This document shows, in pieces, positions 12,645-23,022 of a stretch of 64,000 nt of DNA (positions within the stretch are counted from its first letter, which is position 1; each line of letters opens with the position of its first letter). The stretch covers positions 15,223 through 79,222 of the forward strand of contig QBYM01000005.1 in assembly GCA_003282825.1 (NCBI GenBank), written 5' to 3'. The notes under the pieces were generated by a model that worked only from the letters and a program-made list of their open reading frames with translations, had not been told where the DNA came from and did no database searches. The DNA comes from Pelagibacteraceae bacterium AG-325-J17. GTDB lineage: Bacteria; Pseudomonadota; Alphaproteobacteria; Pelagibacterales; Pelagibacteraceae. The translations under genes were made by a program, and so were the position numbers.

Positions 12645-12800
12645 AATAACTTGAAATTATTTGTTGTATTATTGCAACACTATTTATTTTTTATTGATTT
12701 TATTTTTAGAATAGGCCTTTTTTTAATTGAAGAATCATTCTTTTTTACTAATGTGCATTTGTACGTAAATAATTAATTATTTAAGAATAAGGATAAAAAA

Positions 12801-13427
12801 ATGAAAAAGTTATACTCATTTATTTTCGGTGCCGCTTTACTATTTTCAACATCAGCTCACTCTGATGTTACATTAGGTTTAAAAGTTGGACATGGAGATT
12901 TAGAAGGTAGTAGCAAAAGTTATACAGCAGGATTAAATGCATACGCATCACAAACTGCTTCCAAAGATAGTATGTTTGGTGCAATTTTTGCTGAGCTTTC
13001 ATTAGGAGATACAAATGTGTCTGCAGGATTAGAATATGTCCCTTTAGATGCTGATATTTCTCTTGATGGAAAAAACTCTAGCTCAAGTGCTAACATAGAA
13101 GATTACACAACTGCATATCTTTTATACATGCATGATGCAGGAGGAGCTAATGTATATGGTAAATTAGGTTACTCTAGAGCTGATATTGGAACAGTTAAAT
13201 CAGGTTCAGTGGTAAATAGTCAATCATCAGAATTAGATGGTATTATGGTTGGTGTAGGTCTTCAAACACAAGAACTTGCAAATGACTTTGTTGGAAGATT
13301 AGAGTTCACTTATACTGATTTTGATGACATAAGTGCGACTACTACGTCAAATGGTTCAACAAGTGTTAAGAAAACTGCCGATGGTGAATTAATTACAATC
13401 ACCTTTGGTCTTTCTAAAACGTTCTAA
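12801..13427 (+). CDS. outer-membrane beta-barrel (porin-like) protein
   Basis: signal peptide, alternating beta-strand pattern, C-terminal Phe. Confidence 0.75.
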   Translation: MKKLYSFIFGAALLFSTSAHSDVTLGLKVGHGDLEGSSKSYTAGLNAYASQTASKDSMFGAIFAELSLGDTNVSAGLEYVPLDADISLDGKNSSSSANIEDYTTAYLLYMHDAGGANVYGKLGYSRADIGTVKSGSVVNSQSSELDGIMVGVGLQTQELANDFVGRLEFTYTDFDDISATTTSNGSTSVKKTADGELITITFGLSKTF

Positions 13428-13447
13428 TACTTCTGATATAAAAATTT

Positions 13448-13477
13448 AAAAAGGACCCTAAGGGGTCCTTTTTTTTT
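13448..13477 (+). terminator. intrinsic terminator, possibly bidirectional
   Basis: AGGACCC-taag-GGGTCCT stem followed by a T run and preceded by an A run. Confidence 0.85.
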
Positions 13478-13548
13478 ATCAAAAATTATTTAATTGATTT
13501 ATTTTAAAGTAAGAACACAATATCCTTAAAAGATACTTAGTTAATCTA

Positions 13549-15027
13549 ATGAATAATAAAATCTATAAAAAAAATCCAATACTCGTTTATTTAATTTTAA
13601 GTATATTATTTGTAATGACTGTTCAGCAGTTTATCCTTTACAAGGGAAACGCAGCTCACTTAATACATTCTATTAAATTTTTTGAAACTAATAAATTACA
13701 AAATGATTGGATTGCTAACCAAGAAAATCATTTACCTCTATTTACATATTTCAACTATTTTTTAATAAAATTTTTTTCTAAAAATGGAGTTTATATAGTT
13801 CACTCAATTTTGTTAGGAATATGCCCATTTTTCTTATTTCTAATTTCAAAAAATCTATTTCAAAAAATTGAAAATAAAAATTATTGTATAATTTGGTTTG
13901 CAATTTTTATATTTATTTTTCATGAAAATAGTTTTTTTTCAGGTGTTGCTGGTCAAAGTGTTATTGATGCTGGATATCAACCTGCTAGTTTTGGAACACT
14001 TATTTTTATAGGTATTTATCTTTTTTTAATTAAAAAAAATTTTTTAAGTATTTTTTTTATCTGTTTGGCTGCATCATTTCATCCCACCTATGTTCTTCAT
14101 ACGGGTTTCTTAATTCTAGGATTTCTTACATATTTTATTATATCAAAAAAATATTTTGATTTTTTTAAGGTAATAATATTTTATATAATTCTTATTTTAC
14201 CTATTACAGTATTTATAATATCTAATTTCATAATGATTGATAAAAATTTAGTTTTAATTGGTCAAAAGATCTTACTAGAAAGGATTCCTCATCATGCAAA
14301 TATACATCATTGGCTTACTTATAAAGATATTATCTCTTTGTTGATTTATTTTATTGCTTTATTTTTGGTAAGAAATAACCTCAGATTTTTCATTATATTT
14401 AGTGTTTTCGGCTTTTGTTCAATCTTTTTATCTTTAGCTCAATATTTTTTGATAAGCAACTCTCTTGCATTAACATTCCCTTGGAGATCTTCAGTATTTA
14501 TAATTCCAGTTTCTTCATTAATTATAGTTTCTTACTTTATTAACAAAATAAAATTTGAGGATAAAAAATTAAGATTATTTTCATTAAGTTTAATTATAAT
14601 AACAAGTTTATTATTTGGTCTAAAATCTCATTATATTAAAGATTTAAATTCTAAATTTGATCAAAAACTTAAACTTGTAAAAGATATTAAAAAAAAATTT
14701 ACTTCTATTGAAAGAATAATAATACCTGTTAACTTAGATTATATTCGAATGAATACTGGTTTACCAATCTTTATAGATTGGAAACATCACGCCTTTAGAT
14801 ATGATCAATTAATTGAGTGGAGTTTAAGAGTAAATTTAGTAAATAATTTTTATAACAGTAAAAATTTTGAGGATCAGCTTACAAGCCTAAAAAAAATTCA
14901 AGAAATTGAATATAATTCTCATATACTTATCAAAAAGGATAAGCTAAAAGTTGAATGTAATGATCTTATCAACCATGAAGTATTTATGCTCGTTAACATT
15001 AAAGAATGTTTTCCTAGTAAATTATAA
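13549..15027 (+). CDS. polytopic membrane protein, possibly GT-C-like glycosyltransferase
   Basis: many hydrophobic segments; heads a glycan gene cluster; function inferred. Confidence 0.55.
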   Translation: MNNKIYKKNPILVYLILSILFVMTVQQFILYKGNAAHLIHSIKFFETNKLQNDWIANQENHLPLFTYFNYFLIKFFSKNGVYIVHSILLGICPFFLFLISKNLFQKIENKNYCIIWFAIFIFIFHENSFFSGVAGQSVIDAGYQPASFGTLIFIGIYLFLIKKNFLSIFFICLAASFHPTYVLHTGFLILGFLTYFIISKKYFDFFKVIIFYIILILPITVFIISNFIMIDKNLVLIGQKILLERIPHHANIHHWLTYKDIISLLIYFIALFLVRNNLRFFIIFSVFGFCSIFLSLAQYFLISNSLALTFPWRSSVFIIPVSSLIIVSYFINKIKFEDKKLRLFSLSLIIITSLLFGLKSHYIKDLNSKFDQKLKLVKDIKKKFTSIERIIIPVNLDYIRMNTGLPIFIDWKHHAFRYDQLIEWSLRVNLVNNFYNSKNFEDQLTSLKKIQEIEYNSHILIKKDKLKVECNDLINHEVFMLVNIKECFPSKL

Positions 15028-15042
15028 TTCTTAGATACTGTA

Positions 15043-15891
15043 ATGAGAAAAATATTTTACAAATTTAAGATATTAATTTTAAGAATAATTGGATACGAAA
15101 AACCTCTAAGAGTAGCTCTGTTAAAATACTTTAGTCTTAAGTTCTCAACTTTTAGACCTCATTATGAAACATTAATTTATGAGTCATCCAAAAATGCAAT
15201 TAAATTAGGTTTTAAGGAAATTAATATTATTGAACTCGGTGTTGCTGGTGGAGATGGAGTTAGATCTTTAGTCAAATATAAAAAAAAAGTTGAAAAAATA
15301 TTTGATATAAAAATAAATGTTATTGGTTTTGATACTGGAGTGGGATTACCAAATACAACTTTAAAGGAAGATTTACCATTTTTTTGGAAACAAGGTGATT
15401 ATACAAATAAAAATTTAAGTAATTTAGAGAAAAATAATGACAGTATAAAAATTTATGAAGGAAATATTTCGAACACTCTAGAAAAATTTATATCAGAGAA
15501 TAATATTAAGATTGGTTTAATCATTTTTGATATGGACCTTTATTCATCTACTAAAACTTTTTTAGAAAAAATACCTGAATTTTCTAAAAAAAAGTTTTTA
15601 TTACCAAGAACCTTTTGTTATTTTGATGATTTGTTTGTAGCTGATTATTGTTTAGATGATACTAATGGTGAACCCTTGGCCATTTACGAATTTAATAAAA
15701 CAAATGTTGATTTAAAATTAGGAAAATCATTTGACCATATTATTGATTTTAAATTCCCTTTAGCCAAGGGTCAGATTTTTACCTTGCATGATTTTAAAAA
15801 TGAGAATTATAATAAATATGTTGGTATTTATTCAGCTGATAGCCTTGTTGAAAAAAAGAATGAAAAATTACGATCTATTTTAGATGATTAA
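15043..15891 (+). CDS. putative SAM-dependent methyltransferase (TylF/MycF-like)
   Basis: IELGVAGG, GFDTGVGLP, DMDLYSST, YFDD motifs. Confidence 0.6.
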   Translation: MRKIFYKFKILILRIIGYEKPLRVALLKYFSLKFSTFRPHYETLIYESSKNAIKLGFKEINIIELGVAGGDGVRSLVKYKKKVEKIFDIKINVIGFDTGVGLPNTTLKEDLPFFWKQGDYTNKNLSNLEKNNDSIKIYEGNISNTLEKFISENNIKIGLIIFDMDLYSSTKTFLEKIPEFSKKKFLLPRTFCYFDDLFVADYCLDDTNGEPLAIYEFNKTNVDLKLGKSFDHIIDFKFPLAKGQIFTLHDFKNENYNKYVGIYSADSLVEKKNEKLRSILDD

Positions 15892-16585
15892 ATCTGATAA
15901 TTTATACTCTGTATCGATCATCTTACCAATTTTAAATGAAATTAATTCTCTAAAAAAAACAATTAAAATTTTAAATAGGATCAAAGTTAAAAAAGAATAT
16001 TTAGTTATTTATTCAAAAAAATTAACAAATAAATTTGTCATAAATGAATTAATGAAACTAAAAAAAAAAAATAAAACTTTAAATTATTATCCACAATCAA
16101 GACCATTTGTTGGAGGTGCCATTGATTCTGGCATTAAATATACAAAAAATAAATATATTGTAATAATGGCATCTGACTTAGAAACCAACCCATACGAACT
16201 CAAAAGTATGATTAAAAAAAGTCAAAAAAATCCGAATTTTATAATTTCTGCGGATAGATGGATTAGTAAAAAAGGCTTTTCTGAGTATGGATTAATAAAG
16301 TATTTAGCAAATTTTTTTTTCCAAAAATTGATAAAATTTTTTTTTAGTTATGAAATTTTAGATTTTACTTTTGCATATAGACTTTATCCAAAGAAAGCTT
16401 TAAAAGGTTATAAAATTAATGAACTAAGACACGGATTTGCTTTAGAAATACTACTTAAACCGATTAAGAAAGGATATAAGGTTATTACTTTACCAGCAAA
16501 ATGGAAAAAAAGAGTGGAAGGAAATTCTTCTATAACATTACAAAGTTATTTTTCATACTTAAGAGTTCTTTTTAACAATATATGA
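15884..16585 (+). CDS. glycosyltransferase family 2 (DPM1-like)
   Basis: SIILPILNE, MASDLE, DFTFAYRLY. Confidence 0.8.
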   Translation: MIKSDNLYSVSIILPILNEINSLKKTIKILNRIKVKKEYLVIYSKKLTNKFVINELMKLKKKNKTLNYYPQSRPFVGGAIDSGIKYTKNKYIVIMASDLETNPYELKSMIKKSQKNPNFIISADRWISKKGFSEYGLIKYLANFFFQKLIKFFFSYEILDFTFAYRLYPKKALKGYKINELRHGFALEILLKPIKKGYKVITLPAKWKKRVEGNSSITLQSYFSYLRVLFNNI

Positions 16586-17490
16586 TTTATATAGCCACAA
16601 CAACAATTAACAGACCCACAAAAGCCTTAAAACTTTTTGCAAAAAATAAAAATTGTAAGTTGATTGTATCACTTGATAAGAAATCAAAAAATTTTGAATT
16701 AAAAAACTCAATTGTTTTAAGTACAAAATATCAGGAAAAAAAATGGCCCAGACTCTCAAAGTTAATTGGATGGAATTGTATACAAAGAAGAAACTTTGCT
16801 ATTTTAGAGGCTTATGAAAGAGGTGCTGAAACGATAGCCTTAATTGATGATGATAATATTCCATATAACAATTGGTTTAAAAATATATTTCTTAACAAAC
16901 AAATAAAATGTAATGAGATAAAAACTAACAAAAAAATCTTTGATCCTGTAGGCTATACAAATCATTCAAACTTGTGGCATAGAGGTTTACCTTTAGAATT
17001 AGTTAATAATCGAAAATATAAGAAAGAAAAAAAACAATTAATAAAACCAGATATTCAAGCTAATTTTTGGAATGGAGATCCAGATATAGACGCTGTATGT
17101 AGAATGATTTTTAAACCAGAATGTAATTTCAAGAAAAATCTTTTTCCCTTTTTTTCAAAAAAAATCTCACCCTTTAATTCTCAGAATACTTTAATAACTA
17201 GAAAAGTAATTAAAGATTATTTTTTATTTCCCCATATTGGCCGAATGGATGATATTTGGGCATCTTTTTATGTTACCTCCAAAAAATATAGAGTTCTTTA
17301 TAATGAACCTACCGTTTATCAACAAAGAAATGTTCATAATTTAATTAAAGATTTTAAAGATGAATATATAGGTTATGTAAATTCTTTAAAACTTGTAGAG
17401 AGTTTATACAAAGATTCTGAAAATATTTACAATTTTTTACCAAAAAAAAGCTCATCAGCCTTTGACGAGTGGAAAAAATTAACTGAATAA
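16582..17490 (+). CDS. STELLO / reversibly-glycosylated-polypeptide-like GT-A protein
   Basis: TTTIN, RRN, IDDDN, GDPDIDA, PFNSQNT, RMDDIW. Confidence 0.65.
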   Translation: MIYIATTTINRPTKALKLFAKNKNCKLIVSLDKKSKNFELKNSIVLSTKYQEKKWPRLSKLIGWNCIQRRNFAILEAYERGAETIALIDDDNIPYNNWFKNIFLNKQIKCNEIKTNKKIFDPVGYTNHSNLWHRGLPLELVNNRKYKKEKKQLIKPDIQANFWNGDPDIDAVCRMIFKPECNFKKNLFPFFSKKISPFNSQNTLITRKVIKDYFLFPHIGRMDDIWASFYVTSKKYRVLYNEPTVYQQRNVHNLIKDFKDEYIGYVNSLKLVESLYKDSENIYNFLPKKSSSAFDEWKKLTE

Positions 17491-17494
17491 TAAA

Positions 17495-18484
17495 ATGAAT
17501 GTATTGATATTAGGAGGAGCAGGTTTTGTTGGAAGACACTACACTGAGTATTTTTTAAAAAAAAAAGTAAACGTAGAAATTATAGATAATATCGCTCCTT
17601 TGTCGGGTGGGGTACACCCAAAAAAATGGAAATTTTTTAATCCATACAAATTTAGTAGATTATTTAAGTTTAGTAAAAAAGATTGTAGAAAATTCTTCAA
17701 TTACAAAATTTCAAAAAAATACAATTTAGTTATAAATTTAGCAGCTATTGTAGGTGGAAGAGAGGTAATTGAATATAATCCACTCGCAGTTGCTGAAGAT
17801 CTTGAAATTGATACAGCTTTTTGGCGATGGGCTGTTAAACATAAAAAAAAGATTAAACAAATAATTACCTATTCCTCTAGTGCTGCATATCCAATTCACT
17901 TACAAAAAAGAAAAAAGTATAGATTATTAAAAGAGTCAGACATCGATTTTTCAAAAAATTTTTTAGGTAAACCTGATCTTTCTTACGGATGGGCAAAATT
18001 AAACAATGAATATTTAGCATCTCTTGCGTATCAAAAACATGGAATCAAGAACACAATATTTAGACCATTTTCAGGATATGGTTCAGATCAAGACTTAGCT
18101 TATCCTTTTCCTAGTATAATAAAAAGAGCAATTAATCATGATGTAAAAAAAGATTTTATTGTTTGGGGGAGCGGTTATCAAATGAGAGATTTTATACATA
18201 TTAAAGATGTTGTGAGAGGCTCATTATTAATTGCAAAAAAAATTAAGAACGGAAAAGCTGTAAACTTGTCTTCGGGCAAATTTCTAAGTTTTATTAAGTT
18301 ATCAAAAAAAATATTAAATACATTAGGAAAAAAAAATGTATCTGTATATGGTAATTCCACTAAACCTGAAGGAGTATATGCAAGAGGTGGATCTAGAAAT
18401 ATACAAAAAAAATTTGGTTTTTTTCCAAAAATAACTATCGATAGTGGAATAAAACTTGCAATAGAAGATTTTAAAAAAAAATAA
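17495..18484 (+). CDS. NAD-dependent nucleotide-sugar epimerase/dehydratase
   Basis: GGAGFVG, YGWAK (YxxxK), RDFIHI. Confidence 0.9.
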   Translation: MNVLILGGAGFVGRHYTEYFLKKKVNVEIIDNIAPLSGGVHPKKWKFFNPYKFSRLFKFSKKDCRKFFNYKISKKYNLVINLAAIVGGREVIEYNPLAVAEDLEIDTAFWRWAVKHKKKIKQIITYSSSAAYPIHLQKRKKYRLLKESDIDFSKNFLGKPDLSYGWAKLNNEYLASLAYQKHGIKNTIFRPFSGYGSDQDLAYPFPSIIKRAINHDVKKDFIVWGSGYQMRDFIHIKDVVRGSLLIAKKIKNGKAVNLSSGKFLSFIKLSKKILNTLGKKNVSVYGNSTKPEGVYARGGSRNIQKKFGFFPKITIDSGIKLAIEDFKKK

Positions 18485-18490
18485 TTCTTA

Positions 18491-20218
18491 TCAAATATTT
18501 GATAACCACATTGTTTCAAATGGTTTGAGTTGTAAATACTTTGTTTTTTTCATTTTTTTATTTGGATTTATAAGATTTTTCCAATGAATATAATCTTTAT
18601 TTATTCTGAGAAATTGATTTTTTGAAGATAAATTAGTTACACAAATAATTATTTGTCTCTTGTCTAAACTTTGTCTTTTAAAACCAAATATTTTAGGTCC
18701 AAAGTTGATATAAGATCTTAATCCATTTGGATGAAAAGCTTTTTGTTTTCTTCTTATCTCTAATAAATTAGTAATACTTTTATAAAAAATAGATTGTTTT
18801 GATTCTTTATCTTTAAGTTTATTAATTATATTTTGATGACCCCATCTATATCTATTTATATCTCTTTTATTTCCAGTTATTATATATTTAGCTTCATCAT
18901 TTGAAGTTCCAAAAAGTGAATTGAAATATATTGCTGGTACTCCTTCAAAAGAAATCATAATCGCGTGAGCAGAAACAAATCTCTCTAAAAAGAATTTACC
19001 TATTGGGTCATTGTCTGACTTCTTTAACGCATCAAAAACTGTAATATTTGCCTCATAAACCTTTTTTGATTTACCTTGAACTTTCCTATATGAAAATTTT
19101 GAACCGTTTTTTTTTAGTCTTTTAAGAAACTTATTTTTGTTATCTTCATTAATAATACCTTCAACTGGTCTCATCCCTATACCATCGTGTGAAGCAATGA
19201 AATTTAGATAACTATTTCCTTTTTTTGTTTGTGGTAAATTCTTATTCCAACTGTTGAGATATGAGCTATTTTCAAATAAAAAACTATGAATTAATAAGGG
19301 AGGTAGTGAAAAATTATAAATCCAATTAGCTTCATCAGCATTTCCAAAATAACTTATATTTTCTTTTTCTGGTAAATTTGTTTCAGTAACAATAATACTC
19401 TGAACATTTAGAAGACTACAAACTACTCTTAATAATTTTATTATTTCGTGTGTTTCTCTTAAATTTATACATTTAGTTCCACTCTGTTTCCAAAGATATG
19501 CGATTGCATCTAATCTAAAGATTGTTACACCATGCTTGATAAGATTTAGCATAATCTTAATGAATCTTAATAAAACTGCAGGATTTTTAAAATTCATATC
19601 TAATTGGTCTGGACTGAAAGTTCTCCACAAATATTCTGGTTTTTTAAAAATATCAATTTTTTTAAGCAACTGATGATCTCTAGGTCTAATAACTTTTGAT
19701 ACGTTAAACTTTGAATTAACTGTTAAAAAATAATCCTTTCCTGGTTTTTTCTTTTTGAGAAAGTTTTTGAACCACAGACCTCTAGCCGATGAGTGATTTA
19801 TTACTACATCTGCCATTACATCATTTTTTTTTGAAAATTTTGATATATCTGACCAATTACCAAGCCTACTATCAATTTTGTAATGGTCTTTTACTGCAAA
19901 ACCACTATCGCTGCTTGAAGGATAGAAAGGTAAAAAGTGTACTGTATTAAAATATTTACTTAGTTTTTTTTGAAAAAAATTTTGAAAATTTTTTATCAAA
20001 TGTTTTTGTGAGCTGGAAAAAACACTATCTGCATAGCAAATAACTATTGAAGTCTTTTCTGAAACAAACTTTTGTTTCTTGTTTTTTTTTTTATTAAATT
20101 TATTGATTACTTTTGTTATTTCTTTGCAACAATCACTAACTTCAATTTCTGATAAATAACTCCCATATATACTTTTAAGCTTTAATCTAATTCTTTTTTG
20201 ATCTATTTGAGATAACAT
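18491..20218 (-). CDS. GH13_18 sugar phosphorylase (sucrose/glucosylglycerate phosphorylase-like)
   Basis: HFLPFYP, SDSGF, FRLDAIAYLWK, TETN, ASHDGIG. Confidence 0.88.
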   Translation of the reverse strand: MLSQIDQKRIRLKLKSIYGSYLSEIEVSDCCKEITKVINKFNKKKNKKQKFVSEKTSIVICYADSVFSSSQKHLIKNFQNFFQKKLSKYFNTVHFLPFYPSSSDSGFAVKDHYKIDSRLGNWSDISKFSKKNDVMADVVINHSSARGLWFKNFLKKKKPGKDYFLTVNSKFNVSKVIRPRDHQLLKKIDIFKKPEYLWRTFSPDQLDMNFKNPAVLLRFIKIMLNLIKHGVTIFRLDAIAYLWKQSGTKCINLRETHEIIKLLRVVCSLLNVQSIIVTETNLPEKENISYFGNADEANWIYNFSLPPLLIHSFLFENSSYLNSWNKNLPQTKKGNSYLNFIASHDGIGMRPVEGIINEDNKNKFLKRLKKNGSKFSYRKVQGKSKKVYEANITVFDALKKSDNDPIGKFFLERFVSAHAIMISFEGVPAIYFNSLFGTSNDEAKYIITGNKRDINRYRWGHQNIINKLKDKESKQSIFYKSITNLLEIRRKQKAFHPNGLRSYINFGPKIFGFKRQSLDKRQIIICVTNLSSKNQFLRINKDYIHWKNLINPNKKMKKTKYLQLKPFETMWLSNI

Positions 20219-21438
20219 TAGCTATATTTTTTGTTATCTTCATTTACTGTTTCTTTTAATCGGGTTAAAAAATTTGGAATAGCACTCTTTACTCTACTCC
20301 AAGTTGGTATAAATGGTGTATCCATTGGATTTAATATAAAAGCTTCTCCAGCTTTCATTATATTAATTGCAAATAATTCAACGGCTTTTTCCTCTGTATG
20401 AGAGTCAAATTTTAGTCCATTTATGTCAGCATCACTTCTGTATATATCAATTAAATCTAATGCGGATCTATAATAGGTTGCTTTTAGAGATCTGAATTTT
20501 TCTCTACTAAAAGAATTTCCTTGCGTAGCTAGTTTTTTGATAAATGTTTTTATTATATCTATAGACATCCTTGATAAACCTTTAGTTTCATCATCTATAG
20601 ATAGAACTTGATGTTTATGATCATAAGTATCGGCTAAATCTACCTGACAAATATTTTGTGGGGAGAAGCTTCTTTGCATTTCAGATAAAATTCCCACTTC
20701 AATACCCCAATCTGAAGATATTCTTAGTTCAGGCAAAACATTTCGTCTAAATGAAAACTCACCAGCTAATGGATATTTAAATGATTTCATAAACTCTAAG
20801 TAATCACTTTTACCAATGGTTTTTTCTAAAGCAGTTAATAAGGGAAAAACAAGTAATCTAGCAACTCTTCCATTCATTTTATTATTAGCAACTCTTGGAT
20901 AATATCCTTTACAAAATTCAAAGTTAAAAAGAGGATTTACAACTGGATAAAAAAGTTTAGCTAACATTCTTCTATCATAAGTTTTTATATCGCAGTCATG
21001 CAGTGCGACTGAACGAGCTGTATCTCTCGCTATAGACATACCAATACAATACCAAACATTTCTACCTTTACCCAACTCATTTGGAGATAGATCATTTTTC
21101 TTTAATTCTTTATCAAGTTTTTTCAACCCAGGTCCATCATTCCATAAAATTGAATATGGAGTTTTTAATTTTTTAAAAAATTTCCAAGCCTTTTTGGCTT
21201 GATTTTCATTAGCTCGATCAAGACCTACGATGATATGGTCTAGATATTTCGTCTTACTAATTTCTTCGACTATATTGGGAAGTGCCGTACCTTCTAATTC
21301 TGAATAAAGACATGGTAAAATTAACTCCATCTTTCTTTCTTTTGAAAATTTAAGCAGATCTTTTTCAATTTCATTTGTCGACCTTGTACCAAAGTCGTGT
21401 AGGGTAGAAATTATTCCATTCTGAGAAAATTCACTCAT
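20218..21438 (-). CDS. glucosyl-3-phosphoglycerate synthase-like glycosyltransferase
   Basis: GKGRNVW, HDCD, YPLAGEF, WGIEVG, YDHKHQ. Confidence 0.82.
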   Translation of the reverse strand: MSEFSQNGIISTLHDFGTRSTNEIEKDLLKFSKERKMELILPCLYSELEGTALPNIVEEISKTKYLDHIIVGLDRANENQAKKAWKFFKKLKTPYSILWNDGPGLKKLDKELKKNDLSPNELGKGRNVWYCIGMSIARDTARSVALHDCDIKTYDRRMLAKLFYPVVNPLFNFEFCKGYYPRVANNKMNGRVARLLVFPLLTALEKTIGKSDYLEFMKSFKYPLAGEFSFRRNVLPELRISSDWGIEVGILSEMQRSFSPQNICQVDLADTYDHKHQVLSIDDETKGLSRMSIDIIKTFIKKLATQGNSFSREKFRSLKATYYRSALDLIDIYRSDADINGLKFDSHTEEKAVELFAINIMKAGEAFILNPMDTPFIPTWSRVKSAIPNFLTRLKETVNEDNKKYS

Positions 21439-21446
21439 ATTAAATT

Positions 21447-22238
21447 TTAATCACTATATCCAATTTTTTCTAGCGCCATTTTTATCACATCAGCCCAGCC
21501 CTCAGGTGATGGCTTGTTAGAAAATATAATATTATCAATATTAATTCTATCCATTTTAAATTGATCATTGAATACTAAACATGGTATGTCACTATTTTTT
21601 AACATTTCCAGATCATTATAGTTGTCTCCAACAGCAATAGTCTTAATTTCATCCTCAGTTTTTTTTAAGATTTTAATTACTTTATTCATTGACTTTGTTT
21701 TGTTAATATTATCACATAGATTTAAAACACGACCACCTTCCTGTAATGATAAAGAATTATAACTTAAGACTTTTAATAATTTATTTTTTTCAGAATTATT
21801 CCCATTAAATAAAAAGGGCAAAGTATACTTTCTTTGTAATGCATCTTTAAGTTTATCATCTTTTTGTCCAAATATTTTTTCTTGTTCTTTCTTACTCAGT
21901 TTAGAAATTTGAACACATTTATTTAATAATTTTTCAGGAGTCTTTTCGTTAAAAATTTTTAGCAATTCCTCTTTTTTCCTACTAAGAATTATTTCGTTTG
22001 GAAAATTTTGGTTAATTAAGTTTAGTCCATGAATAGCTGAACCATTTTCTGAAATATAAGGAAGTTCAATACCAAGCTCTTCATTAAATTTTTCAATCTC
22101 TTTTTCAGTTTTACTAGAATTCGGAATTATGATTATTCCACTATTTATTAGACTTTTTATATAGTCTTTAATTGAGTCGAACTTAAAAGTATCTCGATGT
22201 AACAGGGAACCATCTAAATCTGTAAATATTACTACCAA
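21447..22238 (-). CDS. mannosyl/glucosyl-3-phosphoglycerate phosphatase (HAD-IIB)
   Basis: FTDLDGSLL, SSKT, ENGS, GDNYND. Confidence 0.87.
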   Translation of the reverse strand: MVVIFTDLDGSLLHRDTFKFDSIKDYIKSLINSGIIIIPNSSKTEKEIEKFNEELGIELPYISENGSAIHGLNLINQNFPNEIILSRKKEELLKIFNEKTPEKLLNKCVQISKLSKKEQEKIFGQKDDKLKDALQRKYTLPFLFNGNNSEKNKLLKVLSYNSLSLQEGGRVLNLCDNINKTKSMNKVIKILKKTEDEIKTIAVGDNYNDLEMLKNSDIPCLVFNDQFKMDRINIDNIIFSNKPSPEGWADVIKMALEKIGYSD

Positions 22239-22244
22239 AAGTTT

Positions 22245-22388
22245 CTATCGATTAATAAGCAAAGTTTTTTTATCTTTTTTAATTTTTACTTCATTTTTTT
22301 TATCACAATATCTCTTAAAAGCATAAGCTGCTGATATACCACCAATTAATACGAATTTTAATATCTTTAATTTTATGAGTGTTTTCAT
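22245..22388 (-). CDS. small hypothetical protein (47 aa, below the ORF-track cutoff)
   Basis: manual translation MKTLIKLKILKFVLIGGISAAYAFKRYCDKKNEVKIKKDKKTLLINR; packs tightly between neighbours on the same strand. Confidence 0.4.
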   Translation of the reverse strand: MKTLIKLKILKFVLIGGISAAYAFKRYCDKKNEVKIKKDKKTLLINR

Positions 22389-22393
22389 CACGA

Positions 22394-22597
22394 TTAAATT
22401 TCAAACTTTTCTAATACGAAGTGAATTACTAAATTGTAGAAAAATACAAAACAAGAAATATAGAATAGAAAAATTATTCCTTTAGAATTAAAGATGTATC
22501 CAGTTGAGGTTAAAAGCACAATAAATAGGCTAATTGATAAAGCAAGTTTTGATTGTGCTTTTTTTTTTAAGTGAGATTTAACAATATTTTTTTTCAT
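22394..22597 (-). CDS. small two-TM membrane protein
   Basis: 67-aa ORF with two hydrophobic helices. Confidence 0.5.
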   Translation of the reverse strand: MKKNIVKSHLKKKAQSKLALSISLFIVLLTSTGYIFNSKGIIFLFYISCFVFFYNLVIHFVLEKFEI

Positions 22598-22701
22598 TAA
22601 GCATTATGATAATTATTAAAGATATTTATTCATCATTAATTTTGTCCTACTTAGACATTCCAATTGATAATTAATGTTTATTAAATATTCAAATAAATAA
22701 C

Positions 22702-22804
22702 AATTTTACTTATTTCTCTTGTTCAATTATAAATATTAGCATAAATACTCATGAAATTCATTAATGCCCTCGTGGTGAAATTGGTAGACACAAAGGACTT
22801 AAAA
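22702..22804 (+). repeat. att-like repeat: tRNA-Leu upstream region plus 5' half (22766-22804), copy 1
   Basis: GCCCTCGTGG...GGACTTAAAA identical to 27545-27583; about 60 bp upstream also shared; sequence diverges right after the anticodon loop. Confidence 0.95.
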
Positions 22805-23022
22805 GCCGAATGATAGAGGTTAAAGTCAGTCCATAGTAGTCCAGAGCAGTCCAAATCCTATAAAATCCTATAAGTCTTTTAAAAATAAAGAATATTTTAT
22901 TTAAAATTCTTAATAATTATTTCTGTCAAACTAGTACTAAACTAGTACCTTAATAGATAAAACTTTTACGGGCTCATGAACAAACTTGGAGAAAAGAGTA
23001 CTATTTGATAGTAATATATTAA

